Assembly (NCBI GenBank): GCA_963695555.1
Contig: CAVOGR010000002.1
Span: 192,001-256,000 of the forward strand
Source of the DNA: an uncultured Gemmatimonadales bacterium
Lineage (GTDB): Bacteria > Gemmatimonadota > Gemmatimonadetes > Gemmatimonadales > GWC2-71-9
Length of the DNA stretch: 64,000 bases
Reading direction: 5' to 3'
The position numbers and the translations under genes were made by a program. This document shows, piece by piece, positions 48,167 through 57,104 of this stretch. The notes beneath the pieces were generated by a model, which saw only the letters and a list, made by a program, of their open reading frames with translations, searched no databases and was not told where the DNA came from. How positions within the stretch are numbered: the stretch's first letter is position 1; each line of letters opens with the position of its first letter.

Positions 48167-48810
48167 TTCTCCTCATCGACAACTACGATTCGTTCGTGTA
48201 CAACCTTGCTCGGTACGTGCGCGAACTTGGCCAAACCACGGAAGTGCGCCGACACGATGCCGTTACGTGCGACGAGATCTACGCGCTGGCGCCGACGCAC
48301 ATCATCATCTCGCCCGGCCCGCGTACGCCAACCGAGGCGGGCGTCTCCACTGACGTCGTTCGCCACCTCGGGATGGATACCCCGATTCTCGGCGTGTGTC
48401 TCGGTCACCAGTGTATCGGGGCCGCGTATGGTGCCCGGGTCGTGAGGGCTAAGCATCCGATGCACGGCAAGACATCCCGCATCTCTCACGACGGGACGGG
48501 GATCTTCACCACAATCCCCAATCCCTTCCTTGCCACGCGGTATCACTCGCTCGTGCTCGAGCCGGCGACCCTGCCGCCGGATCTGCAGGTGATCGCCACC
48601 GCCGACGACGGCGACATCATGGCAGTGCGCCACCGCCTGCATCCCGTTGTCGGCGTTCAATTTCATCCGGAATCGGTATTGACCGAGTGCGGCTATCGGC
48701 TGCTTGCCAACTTTCTCGACCTGGCTCCGGAAGCGCCCGTCCCCCCGACGGCAGACGGACTCCGAGCCGGGTATTCTGGTGCGGGTGTGGAGGAGGGTGC
48801 GGCGGACTAG
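48163..48810 (+). CDS. pabA: aminodeoxychorismate synthase component II (glutamine amidotransferase)
   Basis: IDNYDSF, SPGP, GVCLGHQ, RYHSL, QFHPES; ATGA overlap. Confidence 0.93.
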   Translation: MILLIDNYDSFVYNLARYVRELGQTTEVRRHDAVTCDEIYALAPTHIIISPGPRTPTEAGVSTDVVRHLGMDTPILGVCLGHQCIGAAYGARVVRAKHPMHGKTSRISHDGTGIFTTIPNPFLATRYHSLVLEPATLPPDLQVIATADDGDIMAVRHRLHPVVGVQFHPESVLTECGYRLLANFLDLAPEAPVPPTADGLRAGYSGAGVEEGAAD

Positions 48811-49889
48811 TCGCCGAGACTGATCTCGAGGTCGCGGGCGGTAGACAGGGTGTCATTGTCCAGCGGCACTCGCTTGGTTCGTCCCTCGACTTCATCGAGC
48901 GGAACCCGGACAATGGATTGGGCTGCCAAGCCCACCATGCATCCGAACTCGCCATCGGCAACCGCACGTACGGCCGCGGTGCCGAACCGGAGCGCCAGCA
49001 ACCGGTCAAAGGTCGTGGGGGTGCCGCCGCGCTGCAGATGTCCGAGCACAAGGCAGCGGGTTTCCTTTCCCGTGCGCTCGGCGATCGCGTCAGCGACCTG
49101 ATTCCCAATGCCGCCCAGCCGCTCCGCGCCACCCGCCTTACGACGCTCGATCAGGACCGGTATTCCGCCCTTCGGGACCGCGCCCTCGGCCACGACCACC
49201 ATACTGAAACGCCGCCCGCGCGACTCCCGGAGCCGGATCTTGTCGCACACCTTCTCGATATCGAACGGGATTTCAGGAATCAAAATGACGTCGGCCGTCG
49301 CCGATATTCCGCTGTGCAGGGCGATCCACCCGGCGTGGCGGCCCATCAGTTCGATGACCATGACACGATCGTGACTCTCGGCTGTGGAGTGGAGCTTGTC
49401 GATGGCTTCCGTGGCGGTGCTCACCGCCGAGTCGAACCCAAACGTCTGCTCCGTGCCGTGCACGTCGTTGTCGATCGTCTTGGGAACTCCGACGACCGGG
49501 AGGCCCTTCCGCCAGAGACGGTGTGCGATGTGGAGGCTGCCCTCTCCACCGATCGCGACCAAGCCGTCGAGCCCCCGATCCCGAAATGCCGCGATTACGT
49601 CGTCCGCGCGATCAATTTCATGCCCGGTGCCCGTGGCAATGTCTTCCGCAACCCACCGGAACGGATCCCCGCGATTGGTAGTGCCGAGGATGGTGCCGCC
49701 CAGATGAGTGATGCCGCGCACCTCCTCGCGGCCCAGCGGGATGACGCCTTCCCCCGACAGGAGGCCCCGATACCCTCGTCGAATGCCAAATGTCTCCCAG
49801 CCGCGCGAGAGCGCGGACAGAACCACCGCCCGGATCACTGCGTTCAGGCCTGGAGCGTCGCCACCGCCGGTGTTCACCGCTATGCGCAC
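48807..49889 (-). CDS. pfkA: 6-phosphofructokinase, ATP-type signature
   Basis: TGGGDAPGLN, GGTILGT, GGEGS, PKTIDND, MGR, LGHLQRGG. Confidence 0.93.
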   Translation of the reverse strand: MRIAVNTGGGDAPGLNAVIRAVVLSALSRGWETFGIRRGYRGLLSGEGVIPLGREEVRGITHLGGTILGTTNRGDPFRWVAEDIATGTGHEIDRADDVIAAFRDRGLDGLVAIGGEGSLHIAHRLWRKGLPVVGVPKTIDNDVHGTEQTFGFDSAVSTATEAIDKLHSTAESHDRVMVIELMGRHAGWIALHSGISATADVILIPEIPFDIEKVCDKIRLRESRGRRFSMVVVAEGAVPKGGIPVLIERRKAGGAERLGGIGNQVADAIAERTGKETRCLVLGHLQRGGTPTTFDRLLALRFGTAAVRAVADGEFGCMVGLAAQSIVRVPLDEVEGRTKRVPLDNDTLSTARDLEISLGD

Positions 49890-50119
49890 GGGTCACGCCT
49901 CTGTTTGATCAGGGACAACACCTCGCCGGGCTCGGCATGGCGGCCCAACGACTGCTTGGAGAACACAAGTTCTCCATCCACCACGACCTCGAACCGTCCC
50001 CCGGACGATTCGATGAGCCGTGTTTCCGCCTCCGGAAATGCCTTCTCGAGCTCGGCCGCCAAACTGGCGGCCCGGGGCTGGTAGTTTCAGACGACGCAGA
50101 ATTCGATCGTGACGACCAT
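49880..50119 (-). CDS. Rdx-family (SelW/SelT/SelH) selenoprotein, 79 aa, CxxU with in-frame TGA at 50089-50087
   Basis: MVVTIEFCVV-TGA-NYQPRAASLAAEL..SSGGRFEVVVDGELVFSK..GRH; both halves in one frame; AGAAAGG RBS. Confidence 0.9.
50054..50072 (-). promoter_or_regulatory. bacterial SECIS-like stem-loop
   Basis: mRNA GGCCGCCA-GUU-UGGCGGCC starts 14 nt after the UGA; apical loop begins with G, 22 nt from the UGA. Confidence 0.75.
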
Positions 50120-50344
50120 CGCGCTACCTTTCTTCAAATACGACAGGTGGAACTCGAATCGTAGCCCGCTCCCTAGACCCTGCCAAGGGAGTGATCCTGG
50201 CCCGGTCACCCTCCACACGGCCGGGGCGAACGGGAGCGCGACGCGACACCGACCCAGGTATATCTTTGCATCGATTCGATGGCCAGGACTCACCCACGGG
50301 GGTTGGTATCAGCCATCGTGGCATCGGCTTCAGCGGAGGATGAT

Positions 50345-51547
50345 GTGGCGAACATCAACACCCGGAAGGGCACCATCGCAATTCTGACCGGTGGTGGCGA
50401 TGTCCCAGGCCTCAATCCGGCAATCCGGGCCCTCACCATTCGGGCCAGTCGTGAAGGGTACCGCGTGTTAGGCATTCGACGCGGCTGGGCCGGCCTCATT
50501 GAGCTGAACCCGGACAATCCGGAGACTCACGGCCAGTGCGTGGTCGAACTGAGCAAAGAGGTCGTCAACAAGGTCGGTCGTACGGGCGGCACGTTCCTGC
50601 ACACGTCGCGCACCAGACCCAGCCACGTGCCGAGGAACAACGTGCCCGAGCACTTGTCGGGCACCTACGACCAGGAAACCAACGACCTCACCCACGAGGT
50701 GCTGGCGAATCTCAGCTACCTCGGCATCGACACCCTGATCCCGATCGGCGGGGACGATACCTTGTCCTTTGCCGCCCACCTCCACCGACAAGGCGTGTCG
50801 GTCATTGCGATCCCCAAGACGATGGACAACGACGTGCCTGGCACCGACTACTGTATCGGATTCAGCACGTGCGTAACCCGCACCATCGAGATGACGCATG
50901 CGCTGCGCACGACCGCAGGGTCGCATGAACGTTTTCTCGTCATCGAAGTCTTCGGCCGCTATGCCGGATTCACGTCGTTGTTACCAACCATGGCGGGCGC
51001 GGCCAATCGCTGCGTCATTCCCGAGCATACGTTCAGCATCGAGCGGCTCTGCGAGTTGCTCACCGAGGATCGCTTCTCGAACCCCAGTCGCTACAGTGTG
51101 GCCCTGGTTTCTGAAGGGGCGACATTTGAGGGGGGCGACACGGTCTTCGCCAGTCATGAGAGCGACATGTACGGCCACAAGAAACTGGGAGGGGTCGGCG
51201 ACCAGATTTCCCAGCAGCTGAAGGAGATCTCTCCGCAATTCAATCACGGGCGAAGGATCAATGTCATCAATCAGCGCCTGGGATACTTGGTACGGTGCGG
51301 CGACCCCGACGCGCTGGATTCGATGGTTCCCATGGCGTTTGGCAATCTCGCCATGGACCTGGCCCTCGCCGGGACGAGCGGCCAGCTGGTCTGCGTGCGC
51401 GATGGACGCTATGACCACGTCCCGCTGGAGATCGTGGCGAGCCAGAAGAAGGTCGTCAACATCGAGAAGTACTACAATACCGAACGACTGCGTCCCATGT
51501 ATACCCGGTTCGACGCGAAGCCGCTGTTCATTATGACCGGCGATTGA
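50345..51547 (+). CDS. pfp: phosphofructokinase, pyrophosphate-type signature
   Basis: TGGGDVPGLN, GGDDT, PKTMDND, LGYLVRCG; GTG start after GGAGGA. Confidence 0.85.
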   Translation: MANINTRKGTIAILTGGGDVPGLNPAIRALTIRASREGYRVLGIRRGWAGLIELNPDNPETHGQCVVELSKEVVNKVGRTGGTFLHTSRTRPSHVPRNNVPEHLSGTYDQETNDLTHEVLANLSYLGIDTLIPIGGDDTLSFAAHLHRQGVSVIAIPKTMDNDVPGTDYCIGFSTCVTRTIEMTHALRTTAGSHERFLVIEVFGRYAGFTSLLPTMAGAANRCVIPEHTFSIERLCELLTEDRFSNPSRYSVALVSEGATFEGGDTVFASHESDMYGHKKLGGVGDQISQQLKEISPQFNHGRRINVINQRLGYLVRCGDPDALDSMVPMAFGNLAMDLALAGTSGQLVCVRDGRYDHVPLEIVASQKKVVNIEKYYNTERLRPMYTRFDAKPLFIMTGD

Positions 51548-51703
51548 CCGTTCGAAGGCGGCGGAAGGTCGATGTTGCCCTCCACGGGCACTAGGCGCAT
51601 CCTCAGGGAGACAGGTCGCCATACCTAACCAGCCCCAGCAGGGTGGGACCACCGACGCACCCTCTGGCGAAAGGCATAACCTTTGCACCACCGCAGTCCT
51701 GCC

Positions 51704-52945
51704 ATGCCCCAACCACGCCCTAGCCGCGCGGCTCCCTTGCTCATCCTGGCGGCCCTCTGCCTGGCTCCCAGTCTATACGCGCAAAATGCCAGCGTGTGGG
51801 GCGATGAACTCCCTGCGCCGCACGCGCGGTTGCCGGATGCCGACCGGCAGCTCGGCGCTCCGATCGATTGGCCGGCGCCACCGCTGGGCGGCCCGCCAGA
51901 TCATGTCAAAGGCATTTACCTCAACGCCTGGGCCTTTGGCGACAAGCGCTTCTACCAGCTGGTTCGATTGGCGCAAGAAACGGAGATCAACGCCTTCGTC
52001 ATCGATATCAAGGACGATACCGGCTATCTCACTTATCGATCGGCGGTCGCGACCGCCATTGCGATTGGAGCCAATCGCCGCCTGCGGGCCAGGGATACGG
52101 AAGCGCGTCTGCGATTCCTCCATGAGCGGGGGATCTATCCGATCGCCCGGATCGTCGTCGCCAAGGACCCGCTGCTCGCCGCACAGAAACCCGCCTGGTC
52201 GGTGGCCCACCGCGATGGCGGGCTCTGGCGGGATCGCTTGAAATTTGCCTGGGTGGATGCCTTCAATGATTCCGTGTGGGTCTATGCCGGGCAGCTGGCG
52301 GAGGAAGCCATCCGACTGGGGTTCAGCGAGGTTCAATTCGACTACGTTCGGTTTCCGGACGAGCCCAAGTCGCGCCTCGCGAGCGCAGTGTTCGCGGCCC
52401 GTCGTCCCAACGAGACCACGCGCGACGGTGTCGTCCGGAATCTCCGGCTCCTCAAACAGTACATGGCACGCGCCGGGGCGCCGTTTACCATCGACGTCTT
52501 CGGCATGACCGCGAGTGCCACCGTCGATCTGGGTGTTGGACAAGTGTGGGAGGATCTGGTCACCACGGCCGACGTAGTCCTTCCCATGGTTTATCCCAGC
52601 CACTATTACCACAGCTTCTACGGCATCAAGCGGCCGAACAGCGAACCCTATCGCGTGGTGCGGTTCGCGTTGCAGGACGCCGTGAAGCGAACCGTCGCGG
52701 CCAACGGCACCGCCGAGATTCGGCCCTATCTCCAGGCGTTTACTCTGGGCAAGCCGCGCTATACCCCGTTCCATGTGCGGGAGCAGATTCGGGCCGCCGA
52801 GGAGGTCGGACTCAAGTCATGGGTGCTGTGGAACCCGAGAGCGGTGTATCACCGGGACTTCTTTCTCCCGAAACGCACACCACGGGTCGCGACGGAACCG
52901 GTCGCGGACTCGTCCATCACCAAGGCCGGAATGGGATTGAAATAA
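51704..52945 (+). CDS. putative glycoside hydrolase (DUF4015-like TIM barrel), secreted
   Basis: KGIYL, NAFVIDIKDDTG, IARIVVAKD, EVQFDYVRFP, PMVYPSHY, RPYLQAF, LWNP. Confidence 0.82.
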   Translation: MPQPRPSRAAPLLILAALCLAPSLYAQNASVWGDELPAPHARLPDADRQLGAPIDWPAPPLGGPPDHVKGIYLNAWAFGDKRFYQLVRLAQETEINAFVIDIKDDTGYLTYRSAVATAIAIGANRRLRARDTEARLRFLHERGIYPIARIVVAKDPLLAAQKPAWSVAHRDGGLWRDRLKFAWVDAFNDSVWVYAGQLAEEAIRLGFSEVQFDYVRFPDEPKSRLASAVFAARRPNETTRDGVVRNLRLLKQYMARAGAPFTIDVFGMTASATVDLGVGQVWEDLVTTADVVLPMVYPSHYYHSFYGIKRPNSEPYRVVRFALQDAVKRTVAANGTAEIRPYLQAFTLGKPRYTPFHVREQIRAAEEVGLKSWVLWNPRAVYHRDFFLPKRTPRVATEPVADSSITKAGMGLK

Positions 52946-52955
52946 CCCGCCGCGC

Positions 52956-54998
52956 TCAGACCGCGGCGGGCACTTGCGGCGTCCACTCGGTAATGTACCC
53001 CGCCAGCGCGCTCGCCGCCGTGGTGTAGGGGCTGGCGAGATAAAGCTTGCCCGGTCCAGAGCGGCCGGGGAAGTTGCGGTTGATGGCACTGATCGTGACG
53101 GTCTCAGTGTCGTAGGAGACACCCGGACCCGCGTTGATGCAGGCGCCGCACGAGGGCTCGATGATCTCGGCGCCGACCGCTTCGAAGATTTCGATGTAGC
53201 CCCGCTCCTCCGCGTGGCGCTTCACATCCTGACTTCCAAATTGGATGTAAAACCGTACCGTCGGATGCACGCGCCGGTCGCGCTCCGCCGCCTCGCGCAG
53301 GACACGGGCGTACATGTCCATGTCTTCCTTCTTGCCCGCCGTGCAACTACCCGCATAGGCGATGTCGATTGTGATCTGCTCGCCCAGTTCTTCGATGAAC
53401 AGGCCATTGCCCGGATCGCCCGGGAGCGCAATCATGGGATGAAGATTCGTCGCGTCGATTTCGATGACTGTCTCATAACGGGCCGTGGGGTCCGACGTGA
53501 GCCCGTGGAGAAGCGGCTCGATGTCGGCTCGCTTCATGCCCCGCTCGCGTACCAAGTACTCGATTGCCTTGTCGTCCGGCTGCACGATGCCGGTGAAGGC
53601 TCCGATCTCGGCCGCCATATTAGTCATGGTCGCACGCTCGTCGATGGACAGCTGAGCCACCGCGGTCCCGGCATATTCGACGATCTTCCCGATGGCCTGG
53701 CCGTTCTTGACGTAGGGATGCCGCAGGATCTGCAGCATGAAATCCTTGGCCGTCACATTGTCGGGTTTCGCTCCGTTCACGCGGATCAGGACCGACGGCG
53801 GAACCTTGATTCGGACATCCTTGGTGAGCCACGAGTTGAAGATGGCCGTGGTGCCGACTCCGAACGCCACGCAGCCAATGGCTCCGCTGTGCGGCGTGTG
53901 AGAATCGCTTCCGATAATCACCTGCCCCGGGAGCGCGTGTTGCTCTAGCATCTTCGAGTGGCAGATCGCTTCTGATCCACGTACCACCATATTGAGCCCG
54001 AGCCGTGGCAATTCCCCGTAGAGTTTGATCCCCTGTTCAGACGCGAACTCCTCTTGCTGGCTCTTCAGTTCGAGGGCAAGATCGAGCAGCCCCTCGGCCT
54101 TGCGCTCATCCGTCATAGCCATTTCGAGAAATGTCAGGTGATCCCGGAAAAAGAAGATCGACTGGGGATCGACGACCTTTTCACCGGCGCCGACGGAGCG
54201 CCGCCAGAAGATGGCGGCCATGGGCGTGACATACTCATGGCTGAATCGGATATCCGTGCGCACAAACCCTTCGTCGCCCGGCTGAACGGCGGGGACACCA
54301 ACTCGGTCGGCTTCGAGGTCCGTGACCCAGTGTCGCGCGAGGATTTTTTCGGCCAGTGTCATCGGCTGCGGCGCGGTGTGGACCGCGGGGACCGACACCG
54401 TGCCCTGCATTCGGGCCACGTTGTATTGAAACAGCCCGCCGGCTTCGATGATGCCCCGGGTGATGTCGCCTTCGGCCTCGGTGAACACGCTGAGCGGAAT
54501 GGGCTCGCCGCGCTTGATCCGATCGAGCAGAGAAAAGTCGGTGCTCGTCAGCACGCCGAGATTCTGGCAATTCTCTCGATAGATGCGCTCGATGTTCTCG
54601 GCAATCACGAGACGGATGCCGGCGCACATTTCGGCATAGGGCGACGCTTCCCGACTCGAGCCTTTGCCGCGTCGCTTGCCGCTGACCGAAACCGCGAAGC
54701 CGCCTCGCTTCACGGCGCCTCGTGTGACCGGGAACTGGTCGCCGCACTTCAAGCCGACATACGGAAATTCCCCCAGGGTCTCGTCGTAGTAATAGCAGAC
54801 ATAGGCGGGCGTGATCTCGTCGGTGGAGATATTGTCCCGCAATGTGAGTGCGGGCGTCCACTCGAGATCCTCACCCGCGAGCTGGCGGGTGACGAGCGCA
54901 GGGTCCTCACACAGAAAGAGAATCCTGCCATCGAAACGCACGGGATCGGGCACACGGCTCGTGACCCGTTGCTTGATACTGTCCAGCATCGTCCTCAT
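52956..54998 (-). CDS. aconitase-family hydratase, LeuD-like swivel domain fused N-terminal to a LeuC-like Fe-S domain
   Basis: DNISTDEITP, GKGSSRE, ERIYRENCQNLG; then MTLAEKILARH, DH, ICH, GSDSHT, NMAAE, GSCT, CGAC, NRNFPGRSG, YLASP. Confidence 0.88.
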   Translation of the reverse strand: MRTMLDSIKQRVTSRVPDPVRFDGRILFLCEDPALVTRQLAGEDLEWTPALTLRDNISTDEITPAYVCYYYDETLGEFPYVGLKCGDQFPVTRGAVKRGGFAVSVSGKRRGKGSSREASPYAEMCAGIRLVIAENIERIYRENCQNLGVLTSTDFSLLDRIKRGEPIPLSVFTEAEGDITRGIIEAGGLFQYNVARMQGTVSVPAVHTAPQPMTLAEKILARHWVTDLEADRVGVPAVQPGDEGFVRTDIRFSHEYVTPMAAIFWRRSVGAGEKVVDPQSIFFFRDHLTFLEMAMTDERKAEGLLDLALELKSQQEEFASEQGIKLYGELPRLGLNMVVRGSEAICHSKMLEQHALPGQVIIGSDSHTPHSGAIGCVAFGVGTTAIFNSWLTKDVRIKVPPSVLIRVNGAKPDNVTAKDFMLQILRHPYVKNGQAIGKIVEYAGTAVAQLSIDERATMTNMAAEIGAFTGIVQPDDKAIEYLVRERGMKRADIEPLLHGLTSDPTARYETVIEIDATNLHPMIALPGDPGNGLFIEELGEQITIDIAYAGSCTAGKKEDMDMYARVLREAAERDRRVHPTVRFYIQFGSQDVKRHAEERGYIEIFEAVGAEIIEPSCGACINAGPGVSYDTETVTISAINRNFPGRSGPGKLYLASPYTTAASALAGYITEWTPQVPAAV

Positions 54999-55104
54999 TC
55001 CGAAACGTCGAGTTGTCCGAACTGCTCGAATATGGAAGATCACCGCTCCCCCGCCACCCAAGCAAGGATTGGAATTCAGGCCCTGGAGCGATAAGATCCC
55101 CGCC

Positions 55105-55983
55105 ATGCGCCGGAACTTCTTGCCAGCCATCGTCTGCGTGCTGGGCGCCTGTCCCGGGCCCACGGTGACCCCGGCAAACCGCGCGGACCTCGATCGCCCT
55201 CCGACCCCATTCGTAAATCCAGCCCTCACCGAGAGCTCGGGAGTGGTCCCCAGCAGACGCTTCTCGGGCATCTTGTGGACCCACAATGATTCGGGAAACG
55301 AGCCCCTCCTCTTCGCCACCGACACCTTGGGACGCGATCTCGGCGCCATCACGGTCACCGGAGCGGAGAACCTCGACTGGGAAGACCTGGCAATCGGCCC
55401 GTGCAGCACGACGATCTGCCTCTACATCGGAGACACCGGCGACAATCGAGAGGTCCGTTCGTCGGTTGCGATCTATCGGGTGCCAGAACCCGATGTGACT
55501 GCGGTCAGGACGGCTATGGCGGAGAAACTGGAGCTACGCTACCCCGACGGACCGCACGACGCCGAGGCGATGTATGTCGATGCGCGAGGCGACCTCTATC
55601 TCGTGACAAAGGGTCGGTCGCACGGCGTCCTTTTCTTTCGAGTCAAGCACGACGCCTGGGGCAACGGTCGAGCAGTGGCCGAATCGGTCGGGAGTCTCCC
55701 CCTCGATCCGCGTGGAGCGCTCTTTGACATGGTGACCGGTGCCGACATCAACGCCAGGAACGATCTGATGGTGCTCCGCACCTATCGCAGGATCTATCTC
55801 TTCCGGCTGACGCCGAACGGCAACATCGGTTCTCCGGACCCCGTCAGTGTCTGCGACATCGCCGGCGTCGAGTCCCAGGGCGAAGGAATAGCATGGCTCG
55901 ATGAATCGCGGTTCGTCCTCACCAGCGAGGAAGGGAATCTCGGCCCCGGAACCGTCACAATCCTGCGCTGCCCCCATCCCTGA
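55105..55983 (+). CDS. beta-propeller lipoprotein (SdiA-regulated/phytase-like)
   Basis: Lipobox LGAC; ESSG, LWTHNDSG, DWEDLA, GDTGDN, DAEA, QGEGI, TSE. Confidence 0.75.
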   Translation: MRRNFLPAIVCVLGACPGPTVTPANRADLDRPPTPFVNPALTESSGVVPSRRFSGILWTHNDSGNEPLLFATDTLGRDLGAITVTGAENLDWEDLAIGPCSTTICLYIGDTGDNREVRSSVAIYRVPEPDVTAVRTAMAEKLELRYPDGPHDAEAMYVDARGDLYLVTKGRSHGVLFFRVKHDAWGNGRAVAESVGSLPLDPRGALFDMVTGADINARNDLMVLRTYRRIYLFRLTPNGNIGSPDPVSVCDIAGVESQGEGIAWLDESRFVLTSEEGNLGPGTVTILRCPHP

Positions 55984-55995
55984 CGCGTCGGTCCA

Positions 55996-56889
55996 ATGGC
56001 CAAGGTCCGCTGGTTGGTTGTGCTGCTCCTCGTTGCGCTTCTCGTGCTGCAGGATCGCCCCGACCCAACACCACCTCATCAAGCAGAGTGGCTCAGCGCC
56101 GGCTCACTGCAGCTCCGGACCGTTCGGGCGGGCCAGGGCGACACGACCTTGTTCCTGCTGCATGGCTACGGGGAATCCCTCCTGGCGTTTCGCGCGCTGT
56201 TCGATCAATTGGCAACGCGATACCGAGTGGTAGCGGTAGACCTCCCGGGGTTCGGCGTGAGCGACAAGCCCGAGGGCCCCTACGACCACGAGACCATGGC
56301 TGCCACCCTCTGGGACTTCCTCGATCAACACATCTATGGAGACGTGGTGGTGGTGGGCCATTCCCTGGGCGGACAGCTGGCGGTGGAGCTCGCGCTCAGT
56401 CATCCCGACCGCATCGTCGCCCTGGTCCTCATCGCTCCGGCCGGCTACGGCCTGAGCCCCTGGCATTCGGCCCTCACGGGGAGGCCGGCCCGTCTTGTCG
56501 GCTGGGCCAGTGTGCCAATCGCGTATCTGATGCCGATCCATGCACCGGACTGGCTCGGCGAACCCGACGCATTGCAGAACTACGACCCGCTGGCGGATCC
56601 GGCGTTTCGCGCCTCGGCCACCAAGGTTCTTCAGGATTTCGACTTTGCCGGGTTGCGCGACCGCTTTCACGAGCTCAAGCAACCGACGCTGCTCGTCTGG
56701 GGCCACCTCGATCCCACCATTCCCTTTAGCACCGGCCAGGCTATTGCCGCGCTGGTACCCTGCAACCGCCTGGTGGACTTCGATCGGGTACTCCACCGCC
56801 CGCATCAAACCGAGCCAGATAGCGTGTTCCGCTCCATAGTCCAGTTTCTCGCTGACCCCCCAAGGTGCCCTCCGGCCCGGAGCCCCTGA
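55996..56889 (+). CDS. alpha/beta hydrolase
   Basis: LLHG, DLPGFGVSD, GHSLGG, PTLLVWG..D. Confidence 0.92.
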   Translation: MAKVRWLVVLLLVALLVLQDRPDPTPPHQAEWLSAGSLQLRTVRAGQGDTTLFLLHGYGESLLAFRALFDQLATRYRVVAVDLPGFGVSDKPEGPYDHETMAATLWDFLDQHIYGDVVVVGHSLGGQLAVELALSHPDRIVALVLIAPAGYGLSPWHSALTGRPARLVGWASVPIAYLMPIHAPDWLGEPDALQNYDPLADPAFRASATKVLQDFDFAGLRDRFHELKQPTLLVWGHLDPTIPFSTGQAIAALVPCNRLVDFDRVLHRPHQTEPDSVFRSIVQFLADPPRCPPARSP

Positions 56890-57104
56890 CAGATCCCGAG
56901 GTCCTCCCGGTGCTTCGACGTTCCATGTTGAAGCGGCATTGGAAAGTCGCCACCGTCTCGAGCATTTCGCGTAAGTGCAACAAGGTAAAGGGGATAGGGT
57001 TTTGCGAAGTTGAATGCCGGTGCCTCCTACTGGTCGCGAAGGCCACTCGGGGGTATCTTTGCGCGCTTTTCGGTTGCGTCCTTTTCATAGCCGGGAGAGA
57101 CCCC

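Noticed and set aside
46676..48810. Anthranilate synthase trpE/trpG
   Set aside because: PIKGT rather than PIAGT; adjacent to PTPS; no trp genes
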